Positions 31,152 to 41,062 of a DNA stretch of 64,000 bases are shown here, in pieces. Within the stretch, counting starts at the first letter, position 1. Every line of letters starts with the position of its first letter. Under the pieces are notes generated by a model. That model did no database searches and was not told the origin of the DNA. It worked only from the letters and a program-made list of their open reading frames with translations. This DNA is from Candidatus Micrarchaeota archaeon (lineage in GTDB: Archaea; Micrarchaeota; Micrarchaeia; Anstonellales; Anstonellaceae): the NCBI GenBank assembly GCA_026413805.1, contig JAOAKE010000002.1, positions 3,599-67,598 of the forward strand, read 5' to 3'. The translations under genes and the position numbers were made by a program.

Positions 31152-31160
31152 GTGGTATTT

Positions 31161-31412
31161 ATGGCGCCAATACTTTACCCTGTGACAAATGAGAAGGCAA
31201 TCGGGCTTATTGAGTCGCAGAACACCTTAACTTTCGTAGTTGAAAAAAATGCAACCAAGCCACAAATAAAAAAGGAAGTTGAAGAGCTCTTTGAAGTGAA
31301 GGTAGCTTCAGTGAACACCCTTATAACTCCCTCGGGGAAAAAACGTGCCTATGTTAAGCTCAAAGAGGGCTTCAAGGCAGATGATGTGGCAGCAAAACTA
31401 AAGATAGTATAG
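31161..31412 (+). CDS. rpl23: ribosomal protein L23
   Basis: L23 family. ATG at 31161. Confidence 0.9.
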   Translation: MAPILYPVTNEKAIGLIESQNTLTFVVEKNATKPQIKKEVEELFEVKVASVNTLITPSGKKRAYVKLKEGFKADDVAAKLKIV

Positions 31413-31440
31413 TGGTGACAGATACAAATTAGGTGCGAAA

Positions 31441-32202
31441 ATGGGGAAATTACTGCGGCAGCAAAGGAGAGGGAAAGGCTCGGTGGCATATCGCGCGCCA
31501 TCTCACCGCTACAAGGCAGACTTGGCTTTCAGGAAGCTTGATGAAATTGAGAGAAATGGCGCAGTGCGAGGGGAGGTTCTCTCTTTTGTAGATGACCCAG
31601 CCCGAGGCGCCATCCTGATGGACGTCCTTTTTGAAGACGGGCAAAAGCTCCACTTGCTTGCCCCAGAAGGAATTGCAGTGGGCCAGGAGGTTTGGAGCGG
31701 CGCACAGGCAAAGCTTTCGCTTGGAAGCTGCCTGCCGCTTTCAAAGATTCCCGAAGGCTCAATGATTTACAATATAGAAATGGTTCCAGGAGATGGAGGC
31801 AAGCTGGTCAGGGCGCCAGGCTCTTATGCCACTTTGGTCTCAAAAGAAAAGGACTTGGTTTTTGTCAAGCTTCCTTCAAGGCAGACGCTTACACTCTCAG
31901 GAGCATGCCGCGCCCAAATAGGCGTTGTCTGTGGTGGCGGAAGGCTGGAAAAGCCTCTTTTGAAGGCAGGGGCAAACTTTTACAAGAAGCATGCACAAAA
32001 CCGAAGATGGCCTGTCAACCGAGGCGTGCACATGTCTGCCTATAACCATCCCTTTGGTGGAAAGCAGCACCACAAGGGGCGCGGCAGCATGACAAGCAGG
32101 AATGCGCCGCCTGGAAGGAAAGTCGGCCACATCGCTGCCAGGAGCGTTGGCAGGAAGAAAGCGAAAGTTGAAGAGCAGAAAATGAATGAAACAACCCTAT
32201 AG
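31441..32202 (+). CDS. rpl2: ribosomal protein L2
   Basis: L2 signature (…GGGRLEKPLLKAGANFYK…HPFGGKQHHKGRGS…). Confidence 0.93.
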   Translation: MGKLLRQQRRGKGSVAYRAPSHRYKADLAFRKLDEIERNGAVRGEVLSFVDDPARGAILMDVLFEDGQKLHLLAPEGIAVGQEVWSGAQAKLSLGSCLPLSKIPEGSMIYNIEMVPGDGGKLVRAPGSYATLVSKEKDLVFVKLPSRQTLTLSGACRAQIGVVCGGGRLEKPLLKAGANFYKKHAQNRRWPVNRGVHMSAYNHPFGGKQHHKGRGSMTSRNAPPGRKVGHIAARSVGRKKAKVEEQKMNETTL

Positions 32203-32213
32203 GAGCTGTATTT

Positions 32214-32615
32214 ATGCCACGTGTTGACAAATACCGCGGAAAAACAAAGGAGGAATGTGCCAAGATGGGCATAGAGGAATTCATGCCGCTTCTTACCTCT
32301 CGGGCAAGGCGGGCGCTAAAGCGCGCCACTTCAAGGGCAAGCGAGGTAAAAAAGCTCATCAAAAAGGCAGCGAGAGTAAAGGCGACAAACCCATCTAAGG
32401 TAATCCGCACCCACCTGCGCGAGGCAGTCATAATCCCAGACTGGCTTGGTCTTACCTTTGCAGTGCATAACGGAAAGGAATGGAAGAATGTCCAGATAAC
32501 AATAGACAAGCTGGGCTATCGTTTGGGTGATTTCTCCCACAGCACGGGGAGGGTCATTCACTCTGGCCCAGGGGTTGGGGCAACAAGGGGCTCCAAGTTC
32601 ATCCCGCTTAAGTAG
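32214..32615 (+). CDS. rps19: ribosomal protein S19
   Basis: S19 family (…HNGKEWKNVQIT…GHRLGDFSHST…). Confidence 0.92.
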   Translation: MPRVDKYRGKTKEECAKMGIEEFMPLLTSRARRALKRATSRASEVKKLIKKAARVKATNPSKVIRTHLREAVIIPDWLGLTFAVHNGKEWKNVQITIDKLGYRLGDFSHSTGRVIHSGPGVGATRGSKFIPLK

Positions 32616-32623
32616 TGGTTTTT

Positions 32624-33109
32624 ATGAAGTATGCATACACTGAAAAAGAGGGCGTCCGAACGGCGCGTGCTCGCTTGGCTAGTGTAAATGCCTCATACAA
32701 AGACCTCTCCCAAGTATGCCGCAATGTTCGCGGCATGCCAACTGAAATGGCAATAAAGTTCCTTGAAGAGGCAGCTGAGAAAAAAAGGGCAGTCAGGTTT
32801 TTCACTCACAACGCAGGGATGGGCCATCGCCGCGAGCTTGGCGGGAAAAAAGGAGGTTACCCAATAAAAGCAGCCAGGCTGGTGCTCGGCTTGGTCAAAA
32901 GTGCGGAGGCAAACGCTGCAAAGCTTGGGCTTGGAGAAACAAAAATTGCGCACATAATGGCAAACAAGCAGGACATATTTCCTCGCCTCTCCCCAAAGGG
33001 AAGGCGCATCAGGCACGACTACGAGACAGCATTTGTAGAAGTGGTGCTTGAAGAGATGCAGCAGAAAGCTGAAAAGCAAGAAAAAAAGAAAAAAGGGGAG
33101 AAAAAGTAG
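32624..33109 (+). CDS. rpl22: ribosomal protein L22
   Basis: L22 family. ATG at 32624. Confidence 0.9.
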   Translation: MKYAYTEKEGVRTARARLASVNASYKDLSQVCRNVRGMPTEMAIKFLEEAAEKKRAVRFFTHNAGMGHRRELGGKKGGYPIKAARLVLGLVKSAEANAAKLGLGETKIAHIMANKQDIFPRLSPKGRRIRHDYETAFVEVVLEEMQQKAEKQEKKKKGEKK

Positions 33110-33118
33110 GTAGTTCCT

Positions 33119-33844
33119 ATGCCTGACAAGATGAAAGTTGAAGAAAAGTTCATAGAAGATGCAATCACTCGCTACAGGGTGTCCAAGTTCCTGGAGCGAG
33201 AGCTGGACAGGGCGGGCTTTTCACGGGTAGGGATACAGCGCACCCCCATGGTCACCAGGATAGCAGTTGAGGTGACCAACCCCGGAAGGGTAATTGGAAA
33301 GAAGGGCAAGTCAATACAGGACTTGACAGAGGCGATACAAAAAGAGTTCAAGATTGAAAACCCGCAGATTTCAGTGGTTGAAGCATCAAACCAGAACCTC
33401 GAGCCAAGGCTGGTGGCAAAGAAGATATGCCGCTACATTGAGATGGGGAAGAAAGTGCGGGCAATACTCCATGCCAGCCTTCGTGACATAATACGCGCAG
33501 GCGCCCTGGGTGCTGAGATAGTTGCCTCTGGAAAAATTGCCGCAAAGGGCGGGCGAAGCAAGTCCTGCCGCGTGATGTCAGGCTACATACCAAAAGCCGG
33601 CGAGCCAGCACGGCAAGTGGTTGAGGCGCACGTTACCGCCTATCCCAAGTCAGGCGCAATCGGCGTCCTGGTCAGAATTGTGCTTCCAGGCACAAAGTTC
33701 CCAGACAAGGTTGAGGGTGCAAAGATAGAAATTCCAAAAGTGATATCCGCAGCCGAAGATGTCACTGCCGCAACTCCGATGGAAGTTGCGCCGAAGGAGG
33801 AGCCAGCGCCAAAGCGAAAAAGGCCTCCGCACAGGAGGAAATAG
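33119..33844 (+). CDS. rps3: ribosomal protein S3
   Basis: KH domain GRVIGKKGKSIQDL and an S3 C-domain are present. Confidence 0.92.
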   Translation: MPDKMKVEEKFIEDAITRYRVSKFLERELDRAGFSRVGIQRTPMVTRIAVEVTNPGRVIGKKGKSIQDLTEAIQKEFKIENPQISVVEASNQNLEPRLVAKKICRYIEMGKKVRAILHASLRDIIRAGALGAEIVASGKIAAKGGRSKSCRVMSGYIPKAGEPARQVVEAHVTAYPKSGAIGVLVRIVLPGTKFPDKVEGAKIEIPKVISAAEDVTAATPMEVAPKEEPAPKRKRPPHRRK

Positions 33845-33853
33845 GAGGGAAAG

Positions 33854-34114
33854 ATGGCAATCTTAAAGCCGAGCAGGGCACGGGAGCTTTCTGATGCCGA
33901 GCTTCAGACCAAGCTCTTTGAATACCAAAAGGAGCTAAATTCCGAGCGAGGTCTGTTGGCAGCAGGAGGAAGGACTAGCAACCCCGGCAAGCTTCGCGAG
34001 CTTCGCAAGGCAATCGCGCGCATAATGACGATAATTCATGAAAGGAAGCTTGGGCTTTTGCGAGGCGCAAAAACCAAGGCGCAAGAGCAGCAGCCCAAAG
34101 AGGAGAAAAAATGA
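33854..34114 (+). CDS. rpl29: ribosomal protein L29
   Basis: L29 family (LSDAELQTKLFEYQKEL). Confidence 0.88.
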   Translation: MAILKPSRARELSDAELQTKLFEYQKELNSERGLLAAGGRTSNPGKLRELRKAIARIMTIIHERKLGLLRGAKTKAQEQQPKEEKK

Positions 34115-34152
34115 TGAAATATTTCCACAATTTGTGGAGGAGGTAAAGGCAA

Positions 34153-34470
34153 TTGGCTGATATCTGTCCGAAATGCGGTCTGATAATGGAGATTTGCTCC
34201 TGCGACATCCTCGAAAAAGAGGAAACGCAGAAGATCCGCGTCTACGCGACAAAGGAAAAGTTCCGCAAGCTGGTGACAATTGTTGAGGGAATCGACGAGT
34301 CAAAGCTCGAGCAGACCAGCAGCGAACTTAAGCACAAGCTCGCGTGCGGAGGGACAGCCAAGAACGGAGTGATTGTGTTGCAGGGAGACCAGCGCAAGAA
34401 CATAAAGAAGTTTTTGGTGCAGTTTGGCTTTCCCGAATCATCAATCACCGTGCTTGACGCAATCCAGTGA
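34153..34470 (+). CDS. sui1: translation initiation factor SUI1 (aIF1)
   Basis: SUI1 family, with an N-terminal Zn-ribbon-like CPKCGL...CSC. It sits in the conserved position after L29. Confidence 0.85.
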   Translation: MADICPKCGLIMEICSCDILEKEETQKIRVYATKEKFRKLVTIVEGIDESKLEQTSSELKHKLACGGTAKNGVIVLQGDQRKNIKKFLVQFGFPESSITVLDAIQ

Positions 34471-34475
34471 ATCCC

Positions 34476-34748
34476 ATGATAACGCCGCAGAACATAAAAT
34501 TGCATGAGCTCATCGGCCTTCAGGTGCGGGTGGTGGAAAGCCTCTCGCTTCCATACAGGAAGATAGAAGGCCGCATAGTTGACGAGACAAAAAACACCTT
34601 TGTAATTGAAGGGCAGGACGGAATTGAAAGGCGCGTGCCAAAGCGCGGCTGCGTCTTTGAGTTTGTCCTGCCAAGCAAAAGAAGGGTGAGGCTGGACGGA
34701 GAAACAATTGCATTTCGGCCTTATGACAGGCCAAAGAAGTTGCGCTGA
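34476..34748 (+). CDS. rnp1: RNase P protein component Rpp29 (Pop4)
   Basis: Rpp29 family (LIGLQVRVVES...GRIVDETKNTFVIE). In the conserved position before rps17. Confidence 0.8.
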   Translation: MITPQNIKLHELIGLQVRVVESLSLPYRKIEGRIVDETKNTFVIEGQDGIERRVPKRGCVFEFVLPSKRRVRLDGETIAFRPYDRPKKLR

Positions 34749-34762
34749 AAGAGGTAGCATTT

Positions 34763-35176
34763 ATGGAAGAAAAAAAACCAACTGCCATTTCCTTGCCAAG
34801 AAACAGGAAAGGCCCGCTCGTCCCTCGCGGAAGAGTGCTTCGGGGAATAGTAGTTTCCGACAGGTCAAAGAAGACAGTAATTGTCCAGCGCGAGGTGCTG
34901 GAGAGGTTTCCAAAATATCGGCGCTTTGCCCGTGCTCACTCCCGCATTCCAGCGCACAACCCTGAGGAGATAGGGGCAAAGACCGGGGATTTGGTGGAAA
35001 TTTCAGAGTGCAGAAAGATTTCAAAGACAAAGGCGTGGATGGTAACAAAGATAATAAAGCGCGCAGAAGGCGCCGTTGTCCTTGAGCAAAAAGGAGGCAG
35101 GGCGCTTGAGGAAGAGGCAGAGCGGCTCAAAAAATCAGAGGTGAAGCGCGCGGAGATTCCTGCCAAGAAAGAATAG
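34763..35176 (+). CDS. rps17: ribosomal protein S17
   Basis: S17 family (GRVLRGIVVSDRSKKTVIVQRE). Confidence 0.9.
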   Translation: MEEKKPTAISLPRNRKGPLVPRGRVLRGIVVSDRSKKTVIVQREVLERFPKYRRFARAHSRIPAHNPEEIGAKTGDLVEISECRKISKTKAWMVTKIIKRAEGAVVLEQKGGRALEEEAERLKKSEVKRAEIPAKKE

Positions 35177-35191
35177 CAAGGGGTAGTCTTC

Positions 35192-35590
35192 ATGAAAGGG
35201 CTTGGTGGCCACATCACAAAGGGCTTGCAGACTGGCTCGCTTCTGGTCTGCAACGACAACTCTGGCGCAAAGGTAGTTGCCATAATAGGGGTGGCTGGAG
35301 CAAAGGCAAGAAGGGGCAGGTACCCAAAAGTAGGGGTTGGCGATGTGGTAACCGTTGCAGTCAAGAAAGGGACAGCAGCGCAGAAGAAAAAGGTCCTCAA
35401 AGCCGTGATAATCCGCCAAAAGCAGCCGTTCAGGAGGCCAAATGGAATGAGGATTTCCTTCGAGGACAACGCCTGCGTGATAATTGACGAGCAGGGGCTG
35501 CCTGTTGGAAGCGAAATAAAGGGAGTCATTGCCCGCGAGGTAGCGGCAAGGTTTCCAAAAGTTGCCGCAATAGCTGCGGCTGTCATATAG
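35192..35590 (+). CDS. rpl14: ribosomal protein L14
   Basis: L14 family (LLVCNDNSGAK). Confidence 0.92.
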   Translation: MKGLGGHITKGLQTGSLLVCNDNSGAKVVAIIGVAGAKARRGRYPKVGVGDVVTVAVKKGTAAQKKKVLKAVIIRQKQPFRRPNGMRISFEDNACVIIDEQGLPVGSEIKGVIAREVAARFPKVAAIAAAVI

Positions 35591-35598
35591 TGGTTTTT

Positions 35599-35973
35599 AT
35601 GGTTTCAGCAAAGCCAAGGAAGCAAAGGAAGCTGCGCTACAGCGCGCCTATGCACATTCGCAAGAAGATGGTAAGCGCACACCTCTCGCCCGAGCTTCGC
35701 GCAAAGCTTGGGACAAAGAAGCGCAGCATTCCTCTGAGAAAGGGAGACACTGTCAAAATCATGCGCGGCGATAAGAAGGGCCATAAGGGCAAGGTAATGG
35801 AGGTTTCGCTCAATGACTTGAAAGCTTATGTTGAAGGGGTTGTATCCCGCACTGCGAAGGGAGTGGAGAAGCTCATTCCAATTGACCCTTCAAACCTTCT
35901 GATAATTGATGGGGACTTTTCCAAAGACAGGCTGAGAATTCTTGAAAGGTCAAAAGGAGGCAATAAGGGTTGA
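35599..35973 (+). CDS. rpl24: ribosomal protein L24
   Basis: L24/KOW family (KGDTVKIMRGDKKGHKGKV). Confidence 0.9.
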   Translation: MVSAKPRKQRKLRYSAPMHIRKKMVSAHLSPELRAKLGTKKRSIPLRKGDTVKIMRGDKKGHKGKVMEVSLNDLKAYVEGVVSRTAKGVEKLIPIDPSNLLIIDGDFSKDRLRILERSKGGNKG

Positions 35974-36677
35974 TGCTTATGGCGAAAAAAGGCGGCTCGC
36001 ACCACATGGTAAGGCTGGTTGCAAAGAAAAGGACAGGGGCAGTTGCAAGAAAAAAGCTCAAGTGGCTGCTTGTGCCTTCCCCTGGGCCGCACCCCAAGGC
36101 AGACAGCATCCCAGTCGGAGTGCTCATTCGCGACACTTTCAAGTGGGCTCGCAACCTTGCAGAGGCAAAACGAATACTCAAAAGCGGCGCGCTGCTGATA
36201 GATGGGCGAAAGGTCTCTGACCCCCACTTTCCAGTTGGACTCATGGACATCGTCTCAAGCCCTGCCCAAAACAAGTTCTACCGCATTTCCCTGAAAGGCC
36301 CAAGCCTCTTCCCCAAGGAAATCAAGCCAGAAGAAGCCAAGTCCAAGTACCTCAAAGTAATCCGCAAGCACACCATAAAAGGAGGAAAAATCAACCTTAC
36401 CTTCCACGATGGAAGGAATTACGTTTCAGACGCCCACATAAATACAGGGGACACATGCATCCTTTCAGTCCCAGAGTTTAAGCTGCAGTCCCACATAAGG
36501 CTTGCCCCCGGCGCCCAATGCTTGGTGGTGGAAGGCAAGCACCGAGGCGAGAAGGCAAGGCTCGAAAAAATAATTGAGAGGCCTGGTTCGCATGAAAGCG
36601 AAGCCTTATTGTCTGGCCCTGAAGGGGAATTCATTACAGTGCTGAAATACCTCTTCCCGATTGACGAAAATTATTGA
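35973..36677 (+). CDS. rps4e: ribosomal protein S4e
   Basis: S4e family. The ATG overlaps the rpl24 stop (TGATG). Confidence 0.9.
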   Translation: MLMAKKGGSHHMVRLVAKKRTGAVARKKLKWLLVPSPGPHPKADSIPVGVLIRDTFKWARNLAEAKRILKSGALLIDGRKVSDPHFPVGLMDIVSSPAQNKFYRISLKGPSLFPKEIKPEEAKSKYLKVIRKHTIKGGKINLTFHDGRNYVSDAHINTGDTCILSVPEFKLQSHIRLAPGAQCLVVEGKHRGEKARLEKIIERPGSHESEALLSGPEGEFITVLKYLFPIDENY

Positions 36678-36692
36678 TAATGGTGCAATAAA

Positions 36693-37268
36693 ATGAGCAG
36701 TGAAAGCGAAAGCAAAATTGGGCAATCCCTTCCAACCGAAGAGAGCGCAAGCAAGGCAAAGGAAAACAGGATGCTTGAGGTCATTGTTGATAAGGTAACC
36801 CTGAACATAGGAGTTGGCAGGGGCGGCCAGGAGCTTGAAAATGCCCGCACCCTGCTTGAAAGGCTTGCAGGGGCGAAGGCAGTGCCAACCCGCGCCAAGG
36901 TCCGCAACCCAGTCTTTCGCATCAAGAAAGGCGACATAATCGGGACAAAGACCACCCTCCGCGGGCCCGCTGCTGTAGATTTTGTAAGAAAAGCCCTCAA
37001 GGCAAAGAACTTCACCCTGCCTTCCCGTTCCTTTGACAAGGAAGGCAACTTTTCATTTGGGGTGCCAGAATACATTGAGTTTCCAGGGGCAAAATATGAC
37101 CCGCAAATTGGGATGCTTGGCTTTGATGTTTGCGTCACCCTCCGCAGGCGCGGATTTAGGGTCGGGAAAAGAAGGCGCGCCAAGGCAAAGATAGGGCGAG
37201 CGCACCGATTGACCAAAAAAGATGGAATAGAATTTGCAAAGAGGGTTTTTCAGATAAACGTAGTGTAG
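36693..37268 (+). CDS. rpl5: ribosomal protein L5
   Basis: L5 family. Confidence 0.9.
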   Translation: MSSESESKIGQSLPTEESASKAKENRMLEVIVDKVTLNIGVGRGGQELENARTLLERLAGAKAVPTRAKVRNPVFRIKKGDIIGTKTTLRGPAAVDFVRKALKAKNFTLPSRSFDKEGNFSFGVPEYIEFPGAKYDPQIGMLGFDVCVTLRRRGFRVGKRRRAKAKIGRAHRLTKKDGIEFAKRVFQINVV

Positions 37269-37277
37269 GGGTATTGC

Positions 37278-37457
37278 ATGGCTGAAAAAGAAAACAAAAA
37301 GCGCGGGATACCTCCGCAGCACCGCTGGCAGGGGAAAGGGGCGCGCAAGTGCCGTTTTTGTGGCTCGGCGCGTGCGCTTATCCGCTCCTACGGCCTTCGG
37401 ATATGCAGGAGATGTTTCCGGGAAGTTGCAGAGGAAATAGGCTTTCGCAAGTATTAG
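37278..37457 (+). CDS. rps14: ribosomal protein S14 (Zn-binding type), 59 aa, missed by the ≥60-aa ORF track
   Basis: Own translation: [59 protein letters not shown]. It has the C-x2-C...C-x2-C Zn-ribbon and sits in the canonical L5-S14-S8 position. Confidence 0.85.
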   Translation: MAEKENKKRGIPPQHRWQGKGARKCRFCGSARALIRSYGLRICRRCFREVAEEIGFRKY

Positions 37458-37468
37458 GATGTGATGTT

Positions 37469-37855
37469 ATGGCTAACGATCCACTGGCAGACGCTCTCAA
37501 TACCATAAAGACCCATGAGAGGTTCGCCAAGCCAAGCTGCAGCATAAAGCCCTCAAAGCTTATCCGCGAAACCCTGAAAATATTGCAAAGAAAGGGATAC
37601 ATAGGCGATTTTGAGTTCGTAGATGACGGGCTGAGCGGTTATTTCAAGGTGCAGCTTCTTGGAAGGATAAATGAGTGCGGTGCAGTTAAGCCAAGGTTTG
37701 CAGTCAAAAAATCCGAGTGGGGAGAATGGGAGAGCAAATACCTGCCAGGGATAGGGTTTGGGATTTTCATAGTTTCAACCCCGCAAGGCCTGATGACCAA
37801 CGAAGAAGCAAAAGAAAAGGGGCTTGGCGGAAGGCTTATAGCCTACATATATTGA
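37469..37855 (+). CDS. rps8: ribosomal protein S8
   Basis: S8 family. ATG at 37469 (the listed ORF from 37349 overlaps rps14). Confidence 0.9.
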   Translation: MANDPLADALNTIKTHERFAKPSCSIKPSKLIRETLKILQRKGYIGDFEFVDDGLSGYFKVQLLGRINECGAVKPRFAVKKSEWGEWESKYLPGIGFGIFIVSTPQGLMTNEEAKEKGLGGRLIAYIY

Positions 37856-37867
37856 CGCGGTGAAATA

Positions 37868-38353
37868 ATGAAATTGCCAGAAGGAGTCAAGGCATCGGTT
37901 GAAGGCAGGCGCCTCACCATTAGCGGGCCAAAGGGCACAGTGTCCAAGGTTTTCAACCATCCCGATGCCCGAATCAGCATCCAAAACGGGGAGGTTGAAA
38001 TCGGCGGCGGGAAAAAGATAGAGGCGACAATAGAGGCGCATATAAGAAACATGGCAATAGGTGTAACTGAAGGCTACACCAAAAAGCTAAAGGCAGTTTA
38101 CTCTCACTTTCCAATTTCTGTGGAGGTGAAAGGAAAGGAGCTCCTGATAAAAAACTTTCTTGGCGAAAAGCAGCCAAGAAGGGCGCGGATAGCTGGCGAA
38201 ACCAAGGTGGAAGCCAAGGGGCAGGAGCTTACGGTTTCAGGCCCATCAAAAGAGGATGTTGGGCAGACCATTGCAAATATTCGCTCTGCCACAAAGATAA
38301 GGAACCGCGATTCGCGGGTTTTCCAAGATGGCTTTTACATAGTTGAACAATGA
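37868..38353 (+). CDS. rpl6: ribosomal protein L6
   Basis: L6 family. Confidence 0.9.
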   Translation: MKLPEGVKASVEGRRLTISGPKGTVSKVFNHPDARISIQNGEVEIGGGKKIEATIEAHIRNMAIGVTEGYTKKLKAVYSHFPISVEVKGKELLIKNFLGEKQPRRARIAGETKVEAKGQELTVSGPSKEDVGQTIANIRSATKIRNRDSRVFQDGFYIVEQ

Positions 38354-38370
38354 TATGGCGCGGTGTGCTT

Positions 38371-38835
38371 ATGGTCAAAAAAAGAAAACACCCCAAATTC
38401 CTTCGGCCTAACTTCGGGCGCTCCAGCAGGAAGAGGGTAAAGCGCTCGTGGAGGAGCCAGCGAGGGATTGACAATAAAAAGAGGCTGAAGATAAAGTATA
38501 TGGGCGCCTCGCCATCAATCGGGTACGGCCAGCCTGCTCAATTGAGGCACAAGCACCCAATTGGCCTGCCAGAAGTCCTTGTTGACTCTGCCTCAAAGCT
38601 TGAGGGGCTAAAGGAAGTGGCAGTCCGCATAGCAGGAGGGGTAGGCAGAAAGAAGCGGGAAGAAATAGTCAAAAAGGCAGAAGCGCTCGGGCTTGCAGTC
38701 CTAAATAAGGCAAAAAAATATTCCGCACCTGAAAAGAAAAAGCCCGAGGAAAAAAAGGCAGAAGCACCCGCCTTAAAGCAAGAAGAAAAGCCCCAAGGGC
38801 AAAAGCCTGATGAGACTAAAGAGAGCAAAAGCTAA
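38371..38835 (+). CDS. rpl32e: ribosomal protein L32e with Lys/Glu-rich C-terminal extension
   Basis: L32e family. The start could also be the ATG at 38350 overlapping the rpl6 stop. Confidence 0.85.
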   Translation: MVKKRKHPKFLRPNFGRSSRKRVKRSWRSQRGIDNKKRLKIKYMGASPSIGYGQPAQLRHKHPIGLPEVLVDSASKLEGLKEVAVRIAGGVGRKKREEIVKKAEALGLAVLNKAKKYSAPEKKKPEEKKAEAPALKQEEKPQGQKPDETKESKS

Positions 38836-38838
38836 GTG

Positions 38839-39339
38839 ATGCTTATGGCAATGGCAACTGTAAAAAGGATTGCATCAGAGCTGCTGGGAGTTGGAAAGTC
38901 CCAGATACGCTTTAAGCCAGACTCACTGCAGAAGATTGAAGAGGCGCTTACCAGGGAGGACGTCCGCAGCCTCATAAAAGAAGGGGCAGTATATGCCCTC
39001 AGCCCAAGAGGGGCATGCCGCCTTCGCAGAAAGAAAAAGGCAGGGCAGCTCAGAAAGGGGAGAAGAAGCGGAACTGGGACGCGCAAGGGCTCTGCTGGCG
39101 CAAGGATGGGAAATAAAAAATTTTGGATTGCGCGCGTCCGTGCGCAGCGCAAGTATCTGCGGATTCTTGTCTCTGAAAATAGGCTGCCTCCAAAAGAAGC
39201 GCGAAGGATGTATTGGATGATAAAAGGCAATGCCTTCAGGGGAGTGCGCGCCCTTGAGACATTCTTGCATGAGAACAAGCTCTTGCAAGAGGAAAGGAAA
39301 AAGGCAAGTGAATCTAACAGGCATCAAGTGGAGAAGTGA
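38839..39339 (+). CDS. rpl19e: ribosomal protein L19e
   Basis: L19e family (TVKRIASELLGVGKSQIRF). Confidence 0.88.
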   Translation: MLMAMATVKRIASELLGVGKSQIRFKPDSLQKIEEALTREDVRSLIKEGAVYALSPRGACRLRRKKKAGQLRKGRRSGTGTRKGSAGARMGNKKFWIARVRAQRKYLRILVSENRLPPKEARRMYWMIKGNAFRGVRALETFLHENKLLQEERKKASESNRHQVEK

Positions 39340-39929
39340 TTGAAGTGCCAAAGGCAACAAGTGCGATTTACAAGGTGGCGTTTCGCCGAAGGAGGCTCAA
39401 CCTTACAAATTATTCCAAGAGGCTTTCGCTAGTGAAGGGCGCGCTTCCAAGAATGGTAGTGCGCAAGTCTTCTCGCGGAGTCTTGGTGCAGTTTATCTCG
39501 TTTTCTCCAAAGGGGGACCAGGTATTGGCCTGTGCAGCCTCTGGCAGCCTAAAAGAATATGGATGGGTCCCGCACTGCAATTCCCCGACAGCTTACCTCT
39601 GCGGGCTGCTTGCCGGAAAAAATGCGGCAGCAAAGGGGCTCAAAGAGTTCAACCTTGACATTGGGATGCACACCCCCTCCAAAGGCTCCTTGGTTTTTGC
39701 GGCACTAAAAGGGGCGCTTGATGCTGGGCTAAAAACAAATTACTCTGAGGAAATGATTAGCGAAGATAGGATTCAGGGGGCTCAAATTGCGCAGTTTGCC
39801 AAGAAGCTGCGCTCCGAAGACGAGTCGAGATACAAAAGGGTGTTTTCATCTTACTTAAAAGAGAACTTTGCCCCTGAAAACATTGTGGAGCAGTTCAATT
39901 TAGTTAAGGAAAAGATACAGCGATCGTGA
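39336..39929 (+). CDS. rpl18: ribosomal protein L18 (L5e)
   Basis: L18/L5e family. GTG start overlapping the rpl19e stop. Confidence 0.88.
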   Translation: MIEVPKATSAIYKVAFRRRRLNLTNYSKRLSLVKGALPRMVVRKSSRGVLVQFISFSPKGDQVLACAASGSLKEYGWVPHCNSPTAYLCGLLAGKNAAAKGLKEFNLDIGMHTPSKGSLVFAALKGALDAGLKTNYSEEMISEDRIQGAQIAQFAKKLRSEDESRYKRVFSSYLKENFAPENIVEQFNLVKEKIQRS

Positions 39930-39941
39930 CGGTGAAGCAAT

Positions 39942-40631
39942 ATGGCAAGGGTTAGTAACGAAGTTGGCGGGCAGCAGGAAGATGAAAAGCCAGAGTGGAT
40001 TCCAAAGACCGAGATAGGCAGGATGGTAAAATCAGGCCAGATAACCTCTGTAGAAGAGATATTCTTCATGGGCAAAAAGATACTTGAGCACGAAATCGTT
40101 GATTACCTTTACCCCAATTTAATTGAAGAAACCCTAGAAGTTTCAAGCACCCAGAGGATGACTGACAATGGCAGAAAGGCGCAGTTTAGGGCAGTTGTCC
40201 TTGTTGGCGACAAAAATGGGCATGTGGGCGTGGGCGTAGGAAAATCCGAGGAAGTAAAGCCTGCCATTGAATCTGCGATTAAAAATGCAAAGAGAAACAT
40301 CATCTCAGTTCCGCTTGGAAAGACTGGCAAGTACAAGCACACCTTGCCAATAAAGGTGGTTGGAAAGTCAGGGAGCGTAGAAGTGACCCTTAAGCCTGCC
40401 CCGCTTGGAATTGGGCTGGTGGCAAACGAAGTAGTCAAAAAGGTGCTGGCAGCTGCTGGAGTAAAGGACATCTGGAGCTTCTCACGTGGGCATACTCGCA
40501 ACGTGTATAACACCGCCATGGCAGTAATTGACGCTATTGAGAAGCTAAACACCATGAGGCTAAAAGAGGGCTGGGAATCCATTGTAGAGGTGCAGGCTAA
40601 ATTAAAGTCTGGTGAAAAGGTGCATTCATGA
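39942..40631 (+). CDS. rps5: ribosomal protein S5
   Basis: S5 dsRBD plus C-domain. Confidence 0.92.
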   Translation: MARVSNEVGGQQEDEKPEWIPKTEIGRMVKSGQITSVEEIFFMGKKILEHEIVDYLYPNLIEETLEVSSTQRMTDNGRKAQFRAVVLVGDKNGHVGVGVGKSEEVKPAIESAIKNAKRNIISVPLGKTGKYKHTLPIKVVGKSGSVEVTLKPAPLGIGLVANEVVKKVLAAAGVKDIWSFSRGHTRNVYNTAMAVIDAIEKLNTMRLKEGWESIVEVQAKLKSGEKVHS

Positions 40632-41062
40632 AGCTCGCAGTAATAAGGCTAAAAGGAAGGTTTTCACTTTCCCCAAAGGTAGAAGACACTCTTTGCAGGC
40701 TGAGGCTGCAAAAGACCTACTCTTGCACCCTTGTGGAGGAAAAAGAGGTCGGCATGCTCCGAGCCTGCAAAGATGCAATATCCTTTGGGCAGCTGGACGC
40801 AGACACCCTCGCCTTGCTACTTGCAAAGCGAGGCAAAACAACTGATGGGAAAAGGCTGTCCGAAGAAAAAAAGCCAGACCAGATACACAAAATAGCCGAA
40901 GAGATTATTTCATCTTCCAAGGGGCTTGAGGAGCACGGAGTCTTCCCAGTTTTCTTTCTCTCTCCCCCAAAAGGCGGGTTTGGAAGCAAGAAGGCCCATG
41001 CGCCGCGCGGGCCAGTGGGCAACAACCCAGAAATAGCCAAGCTTATAAAAAAGATGGTTTGA
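40628..41062 (+). CDS. rpl30: ribosomal protein L30
   Basis: L30/L7e family. ATGA overlap with rps5. Confidence 0.88.
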   Translation: MKLAVIRLKGRFSLSPKVEDTLCRLRLQKTYSCTLVEEKEVGMLRACKDAISFGQLDADTLALLLAKRGKTTDGKRLSEEKKPDQIHKIAEEIISSSKGLEEHGVFPVFFLSPPKGGFGSKKAHAPRGPVGNNPEIAKLIKKMV